Assembly (NCBI GenBank): GCA_040285825.1
Contig: JAUPSS010000004.1
Location: forward strand, 4,369,784-4,433,783
Direction of reading: 5' to 3'
DNA: 64,000 bases
Source: Eukaryota sp. TZLM1-RC
Lineage: Eukaryota > Protista > Metamonada: BaSk clade
The position numbers were made by a program, and so were the translations under genes. Shown here piece by piece: positions 1-11,585 of the stretch (its first letter is position 1; each line of letters opens with the position of its first letter). The notes beneath the pieces are model-generated. The model ran no database searches and had not been told where the DNA came from. It saw only the letters and a program-made list of their open reading frames with translations.

Positions 1-3000
1 GTTCCTATGTTTGTTAACTTCAGGCAGTTGTTGAGCTTGCCTGAGCTCTGCCTCTTCTCTCTTCTTTGAAATCCTTTCAAGTTTTGCTTCAAGATCTTTA
101 ACAAAGGGAATATTAACATTAGCTGATTTTATTAATTCAAACATATTACTAGGATCAGCTCTAGGGCTGTGGTCGCTACCAAACATTAAATTGTAGGGCG
201 AATGTAAGTAACGAATGTAAGTACTAATAGTTGAATTGATTTGAAGTTGTACAATTGGGATATATTCACTCCAATTGCTATAATCGCCAGAGTCCACCAA
301 AATCTTTCTTAGACTTTGTAAGATGTCTCTGTGTCGTCTTTCTACTAAACCATTGCTTTGTGAAAAGCTAGTTAGTGAACGACTTACTTCAATGTTTAAT
401 AAATCGCATAACCCTTTGAATATGGTATTTGCAAATTCAATACCATTGTCACTATGAATCAACAGTGGGATACCAAAAATTGATACTACACTCCATAGGA
501 GGTGGTTGGTTGCCTCCACTGCATTCAATTCCTTTACAGGGCAAATGATCGTATACCTAGTGAACGAATCTACGAAAACTATTAAATATTTGAATCCATT
601 ATCATCTTGTTGTAATGGTCCAATAGTATCTGCGTTTAATCGTGCAAAAGGTCGATCAGCCCAAAGAGAGCCAGATGATTCAATGACTTTTTTAGGCACA
701 TGTGCCGTCTTTTGACATGCTGGGCATCTCTTAATATGATTAAGCATGTCTTTGCGCATGTCGGGCCAAAAGTAATCACTATTGAGTAATTTCTTTACGC
801 TAGTCGTCACACTAGGATGGCCAACATTTGCATGTCCATGAATGATAGTTAAAGTCTGCTTCTTTAAACTATCTGGGATAACAATCTTCCCACGATTGTT
901 GGTATACAATTGAATATCTGAATTATAATTGTAATCTTTATAATAATCAGGATTTGAATCAACATCTATAAGTTGTTCTTGCCTAATCTTTGAGATCCAA
1001 GTGTCAAATAAATCAAATTTAGTATCCTCAACTGCTTCTTTCAGTGCAGATAAGCTATTGATCGTGGGTAGCTCAATTGTGGACGGTTGAGTAATTTCAT
1101 CCCTTAACAAATTAACTCTAGTTAATAAATTTAAATAGGGTAATTGTTCTTCAACTCTGTGAGGTGCCAAGTTTCTCACTTGTTGGACTCGAGGGGTTTT
1201 GGGTTTGGTATCAACCAATCTAGACAACATGTCTGCCCAATAATTCTCCTCGCCTGCCGTGTGGACTACATCAAAATTGAATTCTGACAATATTGGTAGC
1301 CACTTCTTCACAATTCTGTTCTTTTCAGGAGCTGATATAAGGTATGCTAAATTTCTATGATCAGTGAAAATAGTTAATTTCCTCGAAATTAAATAATTTT
1401 CTAAACTACTGTCAGTGAGAATTAGTAAAATTGCATACAACTCTTTCTGAAGTACAGACCAATTCTTTTGTGAAGTTGATAATAATCTGCTAAAGAAGGC
1501 AATTGGTACAACCTTTCTCTTAATTAGCGGTGTCGTAGGATCTTTAGGTGGGTTAGCTTCTTGCCATATTACTCCACCTACAGCCACATCAGACGCATCA
1601 GCACTTATTAAAATATGCTTGTCTTCTGAGGGCAATTCAAGAGGGATATTTGCTTTGATAAGATTTATAATCTTACCAAAAGCCTCGTCATGATCAGAAG
1701 TCCACTTGATCTTTGACGGTTTGTTTCTGGTTAATTTGTTGATTGGTTCTATCAAATCAGACAAGTTTGGCGACCAGTCACGTATATAATTAATCGAACC
1801 TATAAAACTCCTAACCTCAGGTAATGTCCTGGGTTTGGGTAGGTTGATCAGTCCCTCAATCCTAGATTCATCTATACAACGGGTTTTGTTTACAAAAATA
1901 CTACCTAGAATTTTTATTTCATGTTTGCAAGTGGTAAAGCTACACTTGGGTAGGCCAAGGTTAACTCTAAAACGTTTGGCGCGTTCTAGGACCGTACCTA
2001 CTCTAGGTAGAAATTCATCCAGGGTCGAAGCTACTATTATTATATCATCGATATAAATAAATACGCCCTCAGAATCAAATATTTCCATCATCATGTTTTG
2101 GAAGACTGCAGGAACGTTCTTCAAACCAAAACAAGCCCTTTTAAAACTGATCGACATCCCGGGAAATGATACGGTAGTTTTATCAATATCCTCTTCTGCA
2201 ATTTTGAGCTGCCAAAATGCCTTAGGTAAATCTAGAGTTGCTATATAATTAGCTTTACTTAGAAACTCTAAAATGTCGCTAATCCTGGGCAAATTTGCCT
2301 CTACAGGTTTAGTTAAATCATTTACTCCACCAATACCACTAAAATCGCCAGTTAATCGTGGTTTCCTGTGATCAGGGTAAATCACAAGACAGATGGGACT
2401 ACTGAATTGAGACTTTGCGGGCACAGCAAATCCATTACGGATCAATTCGTTAAAAATTTCCTCGGCTACCCGTTGTTTTTCTGGGTTTAATCTTCGAGGT
2501 TTCCTTTTGACGACCTTACTTTCGTCATAAAATGGAATGGTCATCGGCTGACAATCAATTCCATCCGGGTGAGGTAGCCCACTAAATACATTTCTATATT
2601 TTTCGAGTAGCACGACTAGGCGTTCCTCGTCCCTAATGTCATCCAGGCGTATTCTACAGCCCAACTCATCTAACTCATGTCTAAATGTGGAATGCCCAAA
2701 ATCATTACCTAAGTCTGATTTATTACTCAATTGTTCAATGAATCTAATTGGTTGACAAATTCTATTATCGAACTCACATTCAGCATTTAAGATGGTGCGA
2801 TGTTCGTGATCCAAATTAATATTAAAACCGTGCTCCGTGCGTAGCCCCAAGGTTTGTAATAAGTCTCTTCCGATCAAAAAATTATTGGTACCAGGAATGA
2901 TCTGGAATTCGATCCTTAAAAACACTTGAGTGGCCAAGCTACCCACATTTAGAGCAAGAACACCACTTGCACATCCCAGGGTCGTGGAGCGAATACCATT

Positions 3001-3363
3001 TGCCGATAAGTATTCGACAGTCTTATTGTCATTAACTGTCATATTACATTTAGAGGCTAAATCCATTGATAATGCTGAAAATGCAGCTCCATTATCAATT
3101 TCGCCTTGTACTTCCACGTTATTTATGGTGCAGGTTAACCAAAGTTCCCCGTTAGAACTTTCTTGGTCCTCTGCTACCCTGGATAGTCTAACACTGTGGA
3201 TAGAACCCACAGGATTGGATGACTCTCTAAATCTTTTTAATGGATTTAGGTGATTATAATTCGAATCTGTTTTGCTCATTTTATAAATGGATTTGATTGA
3301 ATTATTTGTAAGGTTATTGTTTAAAGATGTATAATCATCTGATTTATTACTACTATTTTTTTT
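1..3363 (-). CDS. pol: G1 Pol (protease, RT, RNase H, integrase); missing from the ORF track, most likely because no stop lies in the window
   Basis: Hand translation: EIDNGAAFS (~3096), GVFIYIDDIII (~2055), SADASDVAVGG (~1600), HHCC zinc finger, ADTIGP, HSDNGIEF, SNGLVERRHRD. Frame opens after TAG at 3364-3366; first ATG at 3279. Confidence 0.9.
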
Positions 3364-6155
3364 CTATCACGTCTTTCACCTCCTTGACGCTTTTTTGAAC
3401 CAGGTCTTCCCACTAATTTAAAACATTTCTCTTCAGGATGTTTATTGGTTTTACATAAGTTACACCATTGCTCTGAAGGGATGGGTCGACTGCTTACTCT
3501 AGGGTTCTTAAAAGGACCTTTTGACTGGCTTCGTCCTTTTTGCGCAGGAGCGTGAGCACCAAAAGCTGTTCTTATCAAATTCATGTCTTTGATCGAGGAT
3601 TCAAGGCTATTGACCTTGTTAACAAATGCGTTACCTAAATCGTAAATCGCATCGCCCAGTTTCTCGTTACTTGAATCAAACTTGCCAATCCAAATGATAT
3701 ATGTGTCCATCAATTGATTGTTTGTTTTGTCGTTAATAGTTTCGAGAAATCTCTTTGCTGGGTAGACGACAGACGGATTACCATCCGTTCCAGGCATAAT
3801 TGTAGAGCGTCGAATTATATATATGATCTGCTCTATGAAGGCTGTCCACGAAGATTCAGCAGTCATTTTGCGACTGATCTCAGGTGGTCTTACAGACCTT
3901 AAAGCCTTCTCAACATCGGTAGGGTATTTGTACTGGGTGCTGAGTAGCAAATATTCCCAGATTTCGGCGTCAGATGGGTTGTTGCCTAACACGTTTGTTC
4001 GGCCTCCATAAAAACTCTGCCATTCTGCGATGACCTTACCCTCAATCATAAATCTCAAATACAAAGGGTCCACTTCGAAGAACATAGATCTAACGAAGTC
4101 GTACTGATGAACAGGTTGACCGTATTTGGTGATCGGCGTAAATGCTCTGGTGGGTCCATCGCGATCCCTAACTGTTTTAGCCCAATTGCCAAAGTTAAGA
4201 ACGAAGTCGAAGATCTTCTTGGCGTCAAACGCTTCATTTAACTTAACTAGGCATCTCAGTTTGTCGTCTATTCTTTTCCTCAATTTCTCCTCGTCTGTTA
4301 CAGGAGTTCTATAAAGACCGAGGGTGTCGACGAGAGAATCTCTAGGAGCATTCGTTCCTAGGGGTTGCGTGGGTATAGATGATTTTATAACAGATGCTTG
4401 TGTAGGAGTTGCTTCACAAGAAGCTCTCCTAGATGCCAGAGGCCCTACAGAAGGTGTACTATATAGGTTCATATTCCTCTCTTCTGAAGGCAATGTTTCG
4501 CCCAACTTAATGATAAATCTTGTCTTAGGAGGTTCCTCCTGCACAGGTACAGTCTGGGCTGGTGGTCTTAAATCCACCCAATCTGGTGCATCTTTAGATC
4601 CTCTAGGGACCCCTGCTAGTTTATGATCATATGGAAGGCAACTGCTCTTTATTAAGACATTCTCAAAAACATTTTGGTCGGGCCAGCTATCAACCCATGC
4701 CTTAAGTTTAGCCATCCATGCATCAGGGTATACTAGTTTTAACTTGTTGGGGCCAACACGTTGCTCTTTCAATTCAATTACCCTTGTGCCTATTTCTCTA
4801 ATATAGGACTCTTTGGTATGAAATTGAAGGGTGTCACCTCGAGATTCATCGAATCTGCCCCCAAGCATAATAAGAATGTCCGCAATGGAATCTTTTGGGT
4901 GTACATTCTCCACTAGGAAATGCCTTACGACGCCTCTAAGGTTTCTACCTTGTTGATTATGAGGATACATTTTAGCTATCCAAAATAGTCTGTCGTAAGC
5001 TTCTTGATTTCCACTGAAATATATTTTGTGGTCATCAATTGCATCCCTATGCCATTTGGCAGGCCTGGGAGTAGCAGCTTGATACTTTGAACGAGGTGCG
5101 CTAAAATAGCAATCCTCGACTGCACTCATTCCACACGAGACTGCCGAATCGGTAAGATCATCCAATCTCTTTAAAAGATTTGGACTTTGATCATAACTCT
5201 CGTAGACGACGTCGTCAAGTGTTTTGCCGTGGGCTTCCCCAAAGAGGAAGGGCCAACGTTTCGCTAAATAGTCACGTCGCACCTTCTCACATTCGGCTGG
5301 GTCTACGTCTCCCGCAAGACGCTCTGACTCATTCTCAGCCATTTTTAATAATTCGTCATCACTCCAATCCAGTATATCTTCGGGAGGATTGGCGATGAGG
5401 TCCAATAAGAAATCTCTAGTTACAGCCTCAACTGCCTTTGCTAATTTCCTGCGGTAAAGACCCTGAGAAGTCCTTTCCGTAGATGGGAAACTGGGAGTTG
5501 GATTAGGAGGATTGGGTGTATGAGGTGGTTCATCATCGCTCTCATCCCCTCTCCTGCTGTAGTTCTGATTAAGAGATCCTCTGGAATCACTTTGAGGTTC
5601 CTCACTTGAGCTGATGTCAGAAGTAGGTGAGGAGGGAGTTTTACGTGAGGAGCCAGTCGTAGGCTGTTGCTCGCCTTCACCTCCTTCACCTTCTGTACAA
5701 GCGTCAGATTTCGTACTTACAACAAACGCTTTGAATCTCCGTTGCTCGCTCGGAGTGAGAAAACTCTTCCTACAAGGAAGGAGCTCCGAGGAGTTGTCGG
5801 GGTATGTGTATAGTTCTGACACATCAACAACGTGGTTACCTCTCTCCGTATTAGGGAGGTGACTTCTTTTCTGGGAGGTGGGGCTCTCCTCAGTGCGAAG
5901 TTCACTCTCCTTATTGAGGAGGTGGCTTTCTTTCTGAGAGGCAATGCTCTTCTCAGCGGAAAGCTCACTCTCCTTTGGAGGATTACTCTTCCCGAAGGAA
6001 GGACTACTCTCCGCAAGTGGAGGATTACTCACCGAGGGCGGTGGATTGTTCTCCTTCAAAGAAGGGACATTACTCTTCCTCAGAGAGGAAGGAGGGTTAT
6101 CATTGTGGCTATTCAAGCCATTAATTAATGATGCTCTATCCATATATGATAACAA
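3321..6155 (-). CDS. gag: G1 Gag, 944 aa (likely ATG at 6143)
   Basis: C-terminal knuckle CNLCKTNKHPEEKC; lies directly upstream of pol; PVHQYDFVRS matches PVHSYDLFRS in G3 Gag. Confidence 0.88.
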   Translation of the reverse strand: MLSYMDRASLINGLNSHNDNPPSSLRKSNVPSLKENNPPPSVSNPPLAESSPSFGKSNPPKESELSAEKSIASQKESHLLNKESELRTEESPTSQKRSHLPNTERGNHVVDVSELYTYPDNSSELLPCRKSFLTPSEQRRFKAFVVSTKSDACTEGEGGEGEQQPTTGSSRKTPSSPTSDISSSEEPQSDSRGSLNQNYSRRGDESDDEPPHTPNPPNPTPSFPSTERTSQGLYRRKLAKAVEAVTRDFLLDLIANPPEDILDWSDDELLKMAENESERLAGDVDPAECEKVRRDYLAKRWPFLFGEAHGKTLDDVVYESYDQSPNLLKRLDDLTDSAVSCGMSAVEDCYFSAPRSKYQAATPRPAKWHRDAIDDHKIYFSGNQEAYDRLFWIAKMYPHNQQGRNLRGVVRHFLVENVHPKDSIADILIMLGGRFDESRGDTLQFHTKESYIREIGTRVIELKEQRVGPNKLKLVYPDAWMAKLKAWVDSWPDQNVFENVLIKSSCLPYDHKLAGVPRGSKDAPDWVDLRPPAQTVPVQEEPPKTRFIIKLGETLPSEERNMNLYSTPSVGPLASRRASCEATPTQASVIKSSIPTQPLGTNAPRDSLVDTLGLYRTPVTDEEKLRKRIDDKLRCLVKLNEAFDAKKIFDFVLNFGNWAKTVRDRDGPTRAFTPITKYGQPVHQYDFVRSMFFEVDPLYLRFMIEGKVIAEWQSFYGGRTNVLGNNPSDAEIWEYLLLSTQYKYPTDVEKALRSVRPPEISRKMTAESSWTAFIEQIIYIIRRSTIMPGTDGNPSVVYPAKRFLETINDKTNNQLMDTYIIWIGKFDSSNEKLGDAIYDLGNAFVNKVNSLESSIKDMNLIRTAFGAHAPAQKGRSQSKGPFKNPRVSSRPIPSEQWCNLCKTNKHPEEKCFKLVGRPGSKKRQGGERRDRKKIVVINQMIIHL

Positions 6156-6264
6156 AGAATAAGGAATAATTTATTAGAATTTCACCGGCCCTTATAAAGG
6201 CCATCACTAGTGAACTATGTTATATAAATATAAATGTACTAGACTAATTGTCCACAGTACAACA
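6129..6264 (-). repeat. 5' LTR of G1 (136 bp)
   Basis: TG...CA ends, TCACTAGTGA-TGGCC-TTTATAA promoter-like motif, AATAAA, followed by TTAATTAATGG like the other LTRs. The partner LTR is outside the window. Confidence 0.72.
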
Positions 6265-7130
6265 CAAGGCACATTGAAAGCCCAACTTGTAAAAAAGAGT
6301 GCCACAGAGACATTTCTGCAGCCCATAATCAATTGATGAAATTGGCATGAATTACAGGGTTTACCTCGTGCATTTGTTTAACTAGAGTGAAGAATTTTTA
6401 CTTGTACTGCATCTTCGACTGAATATGAGCCGATCATGTGGAGTAGATCATGAGTGCAGAACCTAAACTTTTGGTTAAATAAGGTGTAAATACCATCATA
6501 TTATGTATTTTGGAGTTAAAACTAGGTGTATTTTCACTAATTGTGGATGTCTATTCCATAAAAGACAAGTAAATCGGTCCTGGCACAATCGAATTTTTTT
6601 TACAATAATTTAAATTGTGGGTCAAAAGTGGATTTAAAGAAGCAAAACAAGTTCACTAGACAAAAGACCCATGGATTTACCGATAGTTTGTGGTAATTAA
6701 GTAAGGAATTTTTGTCATTTGATAATGAAATTCTTTAGGCTTGGTTTTTAATGTTCGTCTTGGCTCGGCCAAGATTGATAATCCCACTTTCATTTTTTTA
6801 ATTTCTTGTTAGATGCACAAAACAGTTCTTCTTTGTGTTTTATTTCTCAAATGCCTCAAATATGAGGTCTGCTTTTAGATAATACCACATTTTCTTATAC
6901 AATGCGCCTTCGATGTTTCATTTGGCCTGTTAATGTGCCTCATAATTTAGTTTGCCAATGCGGATCAAAAGTTTCTCCAAATCATCTTTTTAATGCTAAA
7001 ATATCGAGTGCGAGTGCTCACAGAATTCGACCAGTCAATCGAACTCGCTTGGGTGCGATCAATTTTCCATCAAGATTATTTGTCAACAAACTTATTTCGT
7101 AAAGCTATATAGAGTTTCAAAAAACAGTTT
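6265..7130 (+). repeat. Composite ~860 bp repeat, copy 1 (Fanzor 3' end, non-coding segment, non-LTR family B fragment)
   Basis: Nearly identical to ~12586-13456. First ~120 bp encode a degenerate CKKECHRDISAA; 6740-6990 resembles 30360-30600. Confidence 0.9.
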
Positions 7131-7149
7131 ATTGTATCAATAATATAAA

Positions 7150-9010
7150 TAGTTTTCTTTATTGAACTTCAACACTTAACAAAATAAACTCACAACTAAT
7201 GGGACGAAATTCATTGAACCGAGACTTCCTCTACAAAATCTTGATCTGCTTGCTGCCTATCTAGCTAAAGCTTCTCTTATTCGATTGAAAAACCGAGGTA
7301 ATCTATTAATTATGGCAAATTGAATCCGAAAGCGCCATAAAAAAATATCAAATCTTTTCATTGTTCTTTCTTGAACCATTTTTTGGAAATCATTCAAAAA
7401 AGTTCCTGCTACTGAAAGTCTTCCGTTTATCAAAAATGGGAAAGTAATAAAACAAGTGGTCTATTTCTATCAGCATTAGCTTTTTCGATATCTTTGTCAT
7501 ATTTTTTTATATTTTTCTTCAACTTTAAATTAGGACTGTTTAGGTTCAGTTCGCAACTGGTTCAGTTCAGTTCAGTTCAGGTTCCGTCTTATTAGATTCA
7601 GTTCAGTTCAGGTTCATAGGGACAGTGGTTCAGTTCAGTTCAGGTTCCAAAAAATTTTCCAAACTGAACTGAACTTGGACAGCCCTACTTTAAATTCAAG
7701 AGCAGCTACAGGATTAAGTTTTCTTCTTCAAACCAAAGTGTCATTTGCAACATTACAGGAGACAAAGTCAACAACAGCTTCAGAATTTTCAGTCCAATCA
7801 CAGTATACATCACTTCTATCATCAGAACCACAATTATTCAGAGAAAGTGTTTCTTTCAGCAGAGGCTCTTTACTACACGAGATTCTTGCAGTTCGTGCAT
7901 ATTGAACACAGTGTCTCTAACAGCATCATGTAATGAAGTACGATATGTTATCAATTTAGAACAATTCAGAGCATGACACAAAGTGAGTTGTAGTGAATTC
8001 GAACAAATACATTTTTCCTTTAATAATAACTGATTAATGGGGATATTCAAATATAATCTCATTATTGTTACAAATGCTTCATTAGTAGCACACAGTCCAC
8101 ATTTTCGTGGTACAATGGTTACAAACAGTGAAGAATCTGATGACTGATTTTCACAAACACCTTTTGTGAAAACAACACTTTAAAAAAACTTTTCAATAAC
8201 ACTTTTTGTTATTGAAAGTGTGTGGAAATATTGATTTAAAACAGCCAGGCTGCGTATATTTTAACCGCCATAATACGGACATAGATAAGCATGATCAGGA
8301 ATTAGGAATAAATTACATCCTAGTAATTGTGACAATACTTTTGCACAAAATTCATTAAACTTCTGAGCCAAGGGTCTAGTGATAAGAGGATTTGTAGATC
8401 AAAATATATGATTAAAGTTGGAACTAAAACACAGTCTTATAATGGTAAATTTGATATGTTTTTGTATATCTAAAGTCATCATTTGGTCAATTTTTTCGGA
8501 AATTGAGTTTAACTTTTCAAACAATGTTTTGGTAATTTCATCATTATTTCCTAAAAATGAGCCCAAATGACGAATAGCATCAATTGAATATAATTTAGCT
8601 TGAATTTCAATACCATGAACTATTATAGAAATTGCACAATTCGACAACAAAACACATTTAAGTAAATTAAGTCGGAGGCCAATTTTGGTAAATAATTTTT
8701 TGAAACATACAGTTGCTTCTCCGACAATCTTTAAGTCACCTATAAGAACAACGTCATCCATATAGGCAATCATTTTTAACGAACAAAACATTTCTTAAAT
8801 TTGTAATAAAAAGGATGAATGGCCAAACAAAACAAAAACGGTCCTAAGGTATTTCCTTGCTTTACATCACTTGATGATTTCAAAATGGAATCACCAAAAA
8901 GCAAATCAGAATTTGTGCTATATGTTGTTTGAAAATAAGGCATTAATTCTGGCAAATTTTGTAACAAAGCAACATCAATACTGCAGCGACCAATTGAATT
9001 CAAAGTATTG
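7150..9010 (-). mobile_element. 5'-truncated RLE-type (CRE-like) non-LTR retrotransposon, family A, frameshifted
   Basis: RT motifs VKQGNTLGPFLFCLAI and IAYMDDVVL; zinc knuckle CICSNS...HALNC; HDAVRD, RGDVY and VVDFV endonuclease motifs; 3' UTR shared with the other copies. Confidence 0.88.
7531..7687. mobile_element. hAT-type MITE (157 bp) inserted in the non-LTR element
   Basis: Imperfect 22-bp TIRs (TAGGACTGTTTAGGTTCAGTTC and reverse complement TAGGGCTGTCCAAGTTCAGTTC); exact 8-bp TSD CTTTAAAT (7523-7530, 7688-7695); internal GTTCA repeats; absent from other family A copies. Confidence 0.88.
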
Positions 9011-9032
9011 AGTTGTTTATTGAAGTAATAGA

Positions 9033-9872
9033 TCAATTTTCCAAAATGGAATTTCTAATAATTGTCCAATAAATGGAATACCCTGTGGGCAAGTATAGAA
9101 TCATGAAAACTGTGGTAATCACCTGACTGATATTCCCAAACTTTTGATGAGAACACCCGAAAATGTCTTGAAAATCGCTTTCAAAATCTGAAGACCCTAT
9201 AATTTGACAAATTCCGAATATTATAACAAGAAATGTGAAAAGAATGGTGAAATTAAGCAAAGATGAAACTCTATCTGGGTTGTGCAACGGAGTCTTAATG
9301 AAGCGATCTGCATCAATGTACAGATTTCCATCAAATAGTGGTGCCAATGTTGATTCAATTTCATGATAGAACAAACTACAATGGTCATTGTCACCACATA
9401 CCGCATAAGAGACGATAGCTTTAGTGTCAGTAGAATTCAGACACATGAGACGATACTTGTCTGTTGAAGGAGGAATCTCTTCTATTGGAATGACATTCTC
9501 TCCAGCCCAAATGTGATCCAGGACATATTCCACAGTGTTGGTTCTACTATACCCATTACGATATTCAACTGTGGTGTTGGTGATGACAATAGATCCTTGA
9601 GGAAACAAATTGAGAAAGAAGCGTACATTGGATTGAAATGTACCTGGAAGTCGAACAGTATTCAACATCACAAACCATGTTTCTCCAAGTGAAACATTTC
9701 TGGGATTAATTGACCGTAATCGACTCAGCTCACCGTCCCGACAAGCAGCAAGCCGGATGACACTCTCAAACTCAGGTGGTTCTTCAGCAGTGTGAAATTG
9801 AAGGACAATTGCCGTCATCAAGATGTAGAAAACTGAAAGAATGATAGGAGGTGAATATTTCCAAGGAGACAT
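9033..9872 (-). CDS. Hypothetical membrane protein, 279 aa
   Basis: Intact ORF with an N-terminal hydrophobic segment and two C-terminal TM-like segments; divergent from the kinase gene. Confidence 0.6.
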   Translation of the reverse strand: MSPWKYSPPIILSVFYILMTAIVLQFHTAEEPPEFESVIRLAACRDGELSRLRSINPRNVSLGETWFVMLNTVRLPGTFQSNVRFFLNLFPQGSIVITNTTVEYRNGYSRTNTVEYVLDHIWAGENVIPIEEIPPSTDKYRLMCLNSTDTKAIVSYAVCGDNDHCSLFYHEIESTLAPLFDGNLYIDADRFIKTPLHNPDRVSSLLNFTILFTFLVIIFGICQIIGSSDFESDFQDIFGCSHQKFGNISQVITTVFMILYLPTGYSIYWTIIRNSILEN

Positions 9873-9919
9873 AGGAGGTGATCAATGACACGATCAAGTT
9901 TTCCAGACGATTATACTAG

Positions 9920-11160
9920 ATGTCACCTGTAACTGAATGTCACATCTGTAAACATAACTTCAATCAAACGAGCTGCAAGCCAGTAATTTGCTGTATTGAA
10001 GGGCATGGACTGTGCTTAACATGTTATCGGAAGTGTGAGAAGTGTCCAATATGCCGCAGTCCCAAACTGCCTGCCCCAATTCTGAATAGAGAGCTCATGA
10101 CCATCTTGCAAGAGGGAAGTACCGAAGAATGCAAAAAGGACAAGCAAGAGGGACCAAGCGGGCTTGTTATCGATAGAGAAAACCCAATATCGGATAGTCC
10201 AATAGCACAAGTCTATCGATGTACCATTGAAGAAGCATCAAAGGTCCTCAAAGTTCTCACTTACGGTGAAGACAAATACTCTCGATGGGATTGGTATGAA
10301 GAACATATTGTGAAGAGAACTCGCCACCATCCTAACATTCTACAGCATTTTGGCCACATACCCTTGGACCGTGAGAAGGACACCATTGCTTTGATACTAG
10401 AAGAAGGGGATGAATCACTCTCAAGTAAAACGCCGATGTTGTTGAACGAATACTCTTTTCAGATAGTGGAAAACATTGCATACGCTTTGTTGTATATGAA
10501 AGAGTTCAACGTCTACCATGGGTATGTTTTTTCGTTGCTAACTGTAGAAATCTTTGTTACGAAAACCTGTTACTGAAGAACGGTACTGTTAAAGTGGCTG
10601 ACTTTGGCATGACAAAGCTGCAAAATCGCCAGGTCACTTCCCTCAATATCTTCAATGCACCAGAAGTTGTAACGGACCAAAAGTATGGATTCGAAGCAGA
10701 TGTATTCGCACTTGGTATACTCATGTACGAGGCATTCACTAACAACAAAGCTTACAATGACGACCGCTCCCTGCAGTTAAAAGCTGTGTTATCGAAAGAA
10801 CGACTAAACGTAAACCCAGCTTTGCCTGCAATAGTATATAACTTGATTACCGACTGCTTACAACATGATCCTAAAAAACGTCCTACACTTGAAGCTGTCA
10901 TTGAAACTCTTGGTCCTATAGAAGAACAATTGGACGAACTTACTGACAGAGTCCAATTGGCATCAATGAAGCACAATGATGTTGTGATTACTCTAACATC
11001 AGATGATGATCATGTCTGTCCAGATAAGCACAATTCAGTTCATGAAACAAAACATCACATGTTGAAAAGGGTTGTTAAGTTGTCTCCACACTCGATTTTT
11101 GTACTGGTTTCTTGCCTGGTCATGTTTGTATCCCTAGTATTACCGTTCCTCGTAAACTAG
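9920..11160 (+). CDS. RING-finger plus protein-kinase-like protein with C-terminal TM; exons 9920-10521 and 10548-11160
   Basis: CHIC...CIEGHGLCLTC...CPICR RING. The 26-nt intron GTATGT...GCTAACTGTAG (10522-10547) restores YHGNLCYENLL...VKVADFG; APE, DVFALG and KRP also present. Confidence 0.85.
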
Positions 11161-11321
11161 AACAATCAAATGTTGAGTAAACTTGAACTGAAGAAATTAA
11201 AACCAATTAAAAACTGTTGATGTTCGAAATTACACAAAAAGTGTCTTTTTGAAACCAAACAGTTAATGTCGTTTAATCGACATTAAAGGTTATCGACTGT
11301 CTGATAAAGGATACTACTACA

Positions 11322-11468
11322 CTAGTCCCACGGCATGGACTGCTACACTGTCAAAACAGTGAATGTGGCGTCTATTGGGATGTTAATAGTGCTCTAAACA
11401 CTTACATGATTACGTACTCTCATATTCACGATAATTGTAGACCAGTGGTACAACCAAGTGGAAAGTGA
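11322..11468 (+). pseudogene. Fanzor/TnpB C-terminal relic (family D, copy 1)
   Basis: Translates as LVPRHGLLHCQNSECGVYW--DVNSALNTYMI...CRP; homologous to 18121-18290 on the minus strand. Confidence 0.75.
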
Positions 11469-11585
11469 AAATGTTTCATGCTCACTTTCATTGAAAAGAA
11501 AGCTAAAAGCAGCATAGATAGAAACTTGAGATATATTTGAGTTAGATATCGATATCCATTCAAGATATCTACTAACCTTTGGTAC

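Larger units (their letters stand above)
1..6264 (-). mobile_element. Ty3/Gypsy LTR retrotransposon G1 (3' part runs off the window)
   Basis: 5' LTR 6129-6264 (minus strand TGTTG...GCATCA), gag 3321-6155, then pol in PR-RT-RH-IN order down to position 1. Confidence 0.93.

Noticed and set aside
3319-3325. UUUAAAC slippery heptamer at the end of G1 gag
   Set aside because: It is not in the X_XXY_YYZ phase of the gag frame; the A8 run is the better candidate.
506-6162. Many short plus-strand ORFs over G1 (and the antisense ORFs over G2, G3 and host genes)
   Set aside because: Antisense or out-of-frame shadows of longer ORFs with clear motifs.
7540-7675. GTTCA repeats as a CRISPR array or satellite
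   Set aside because: No repeat-spacer periodicity; bounded by TIRs and an 8-bp TSD, so it is a MITE.
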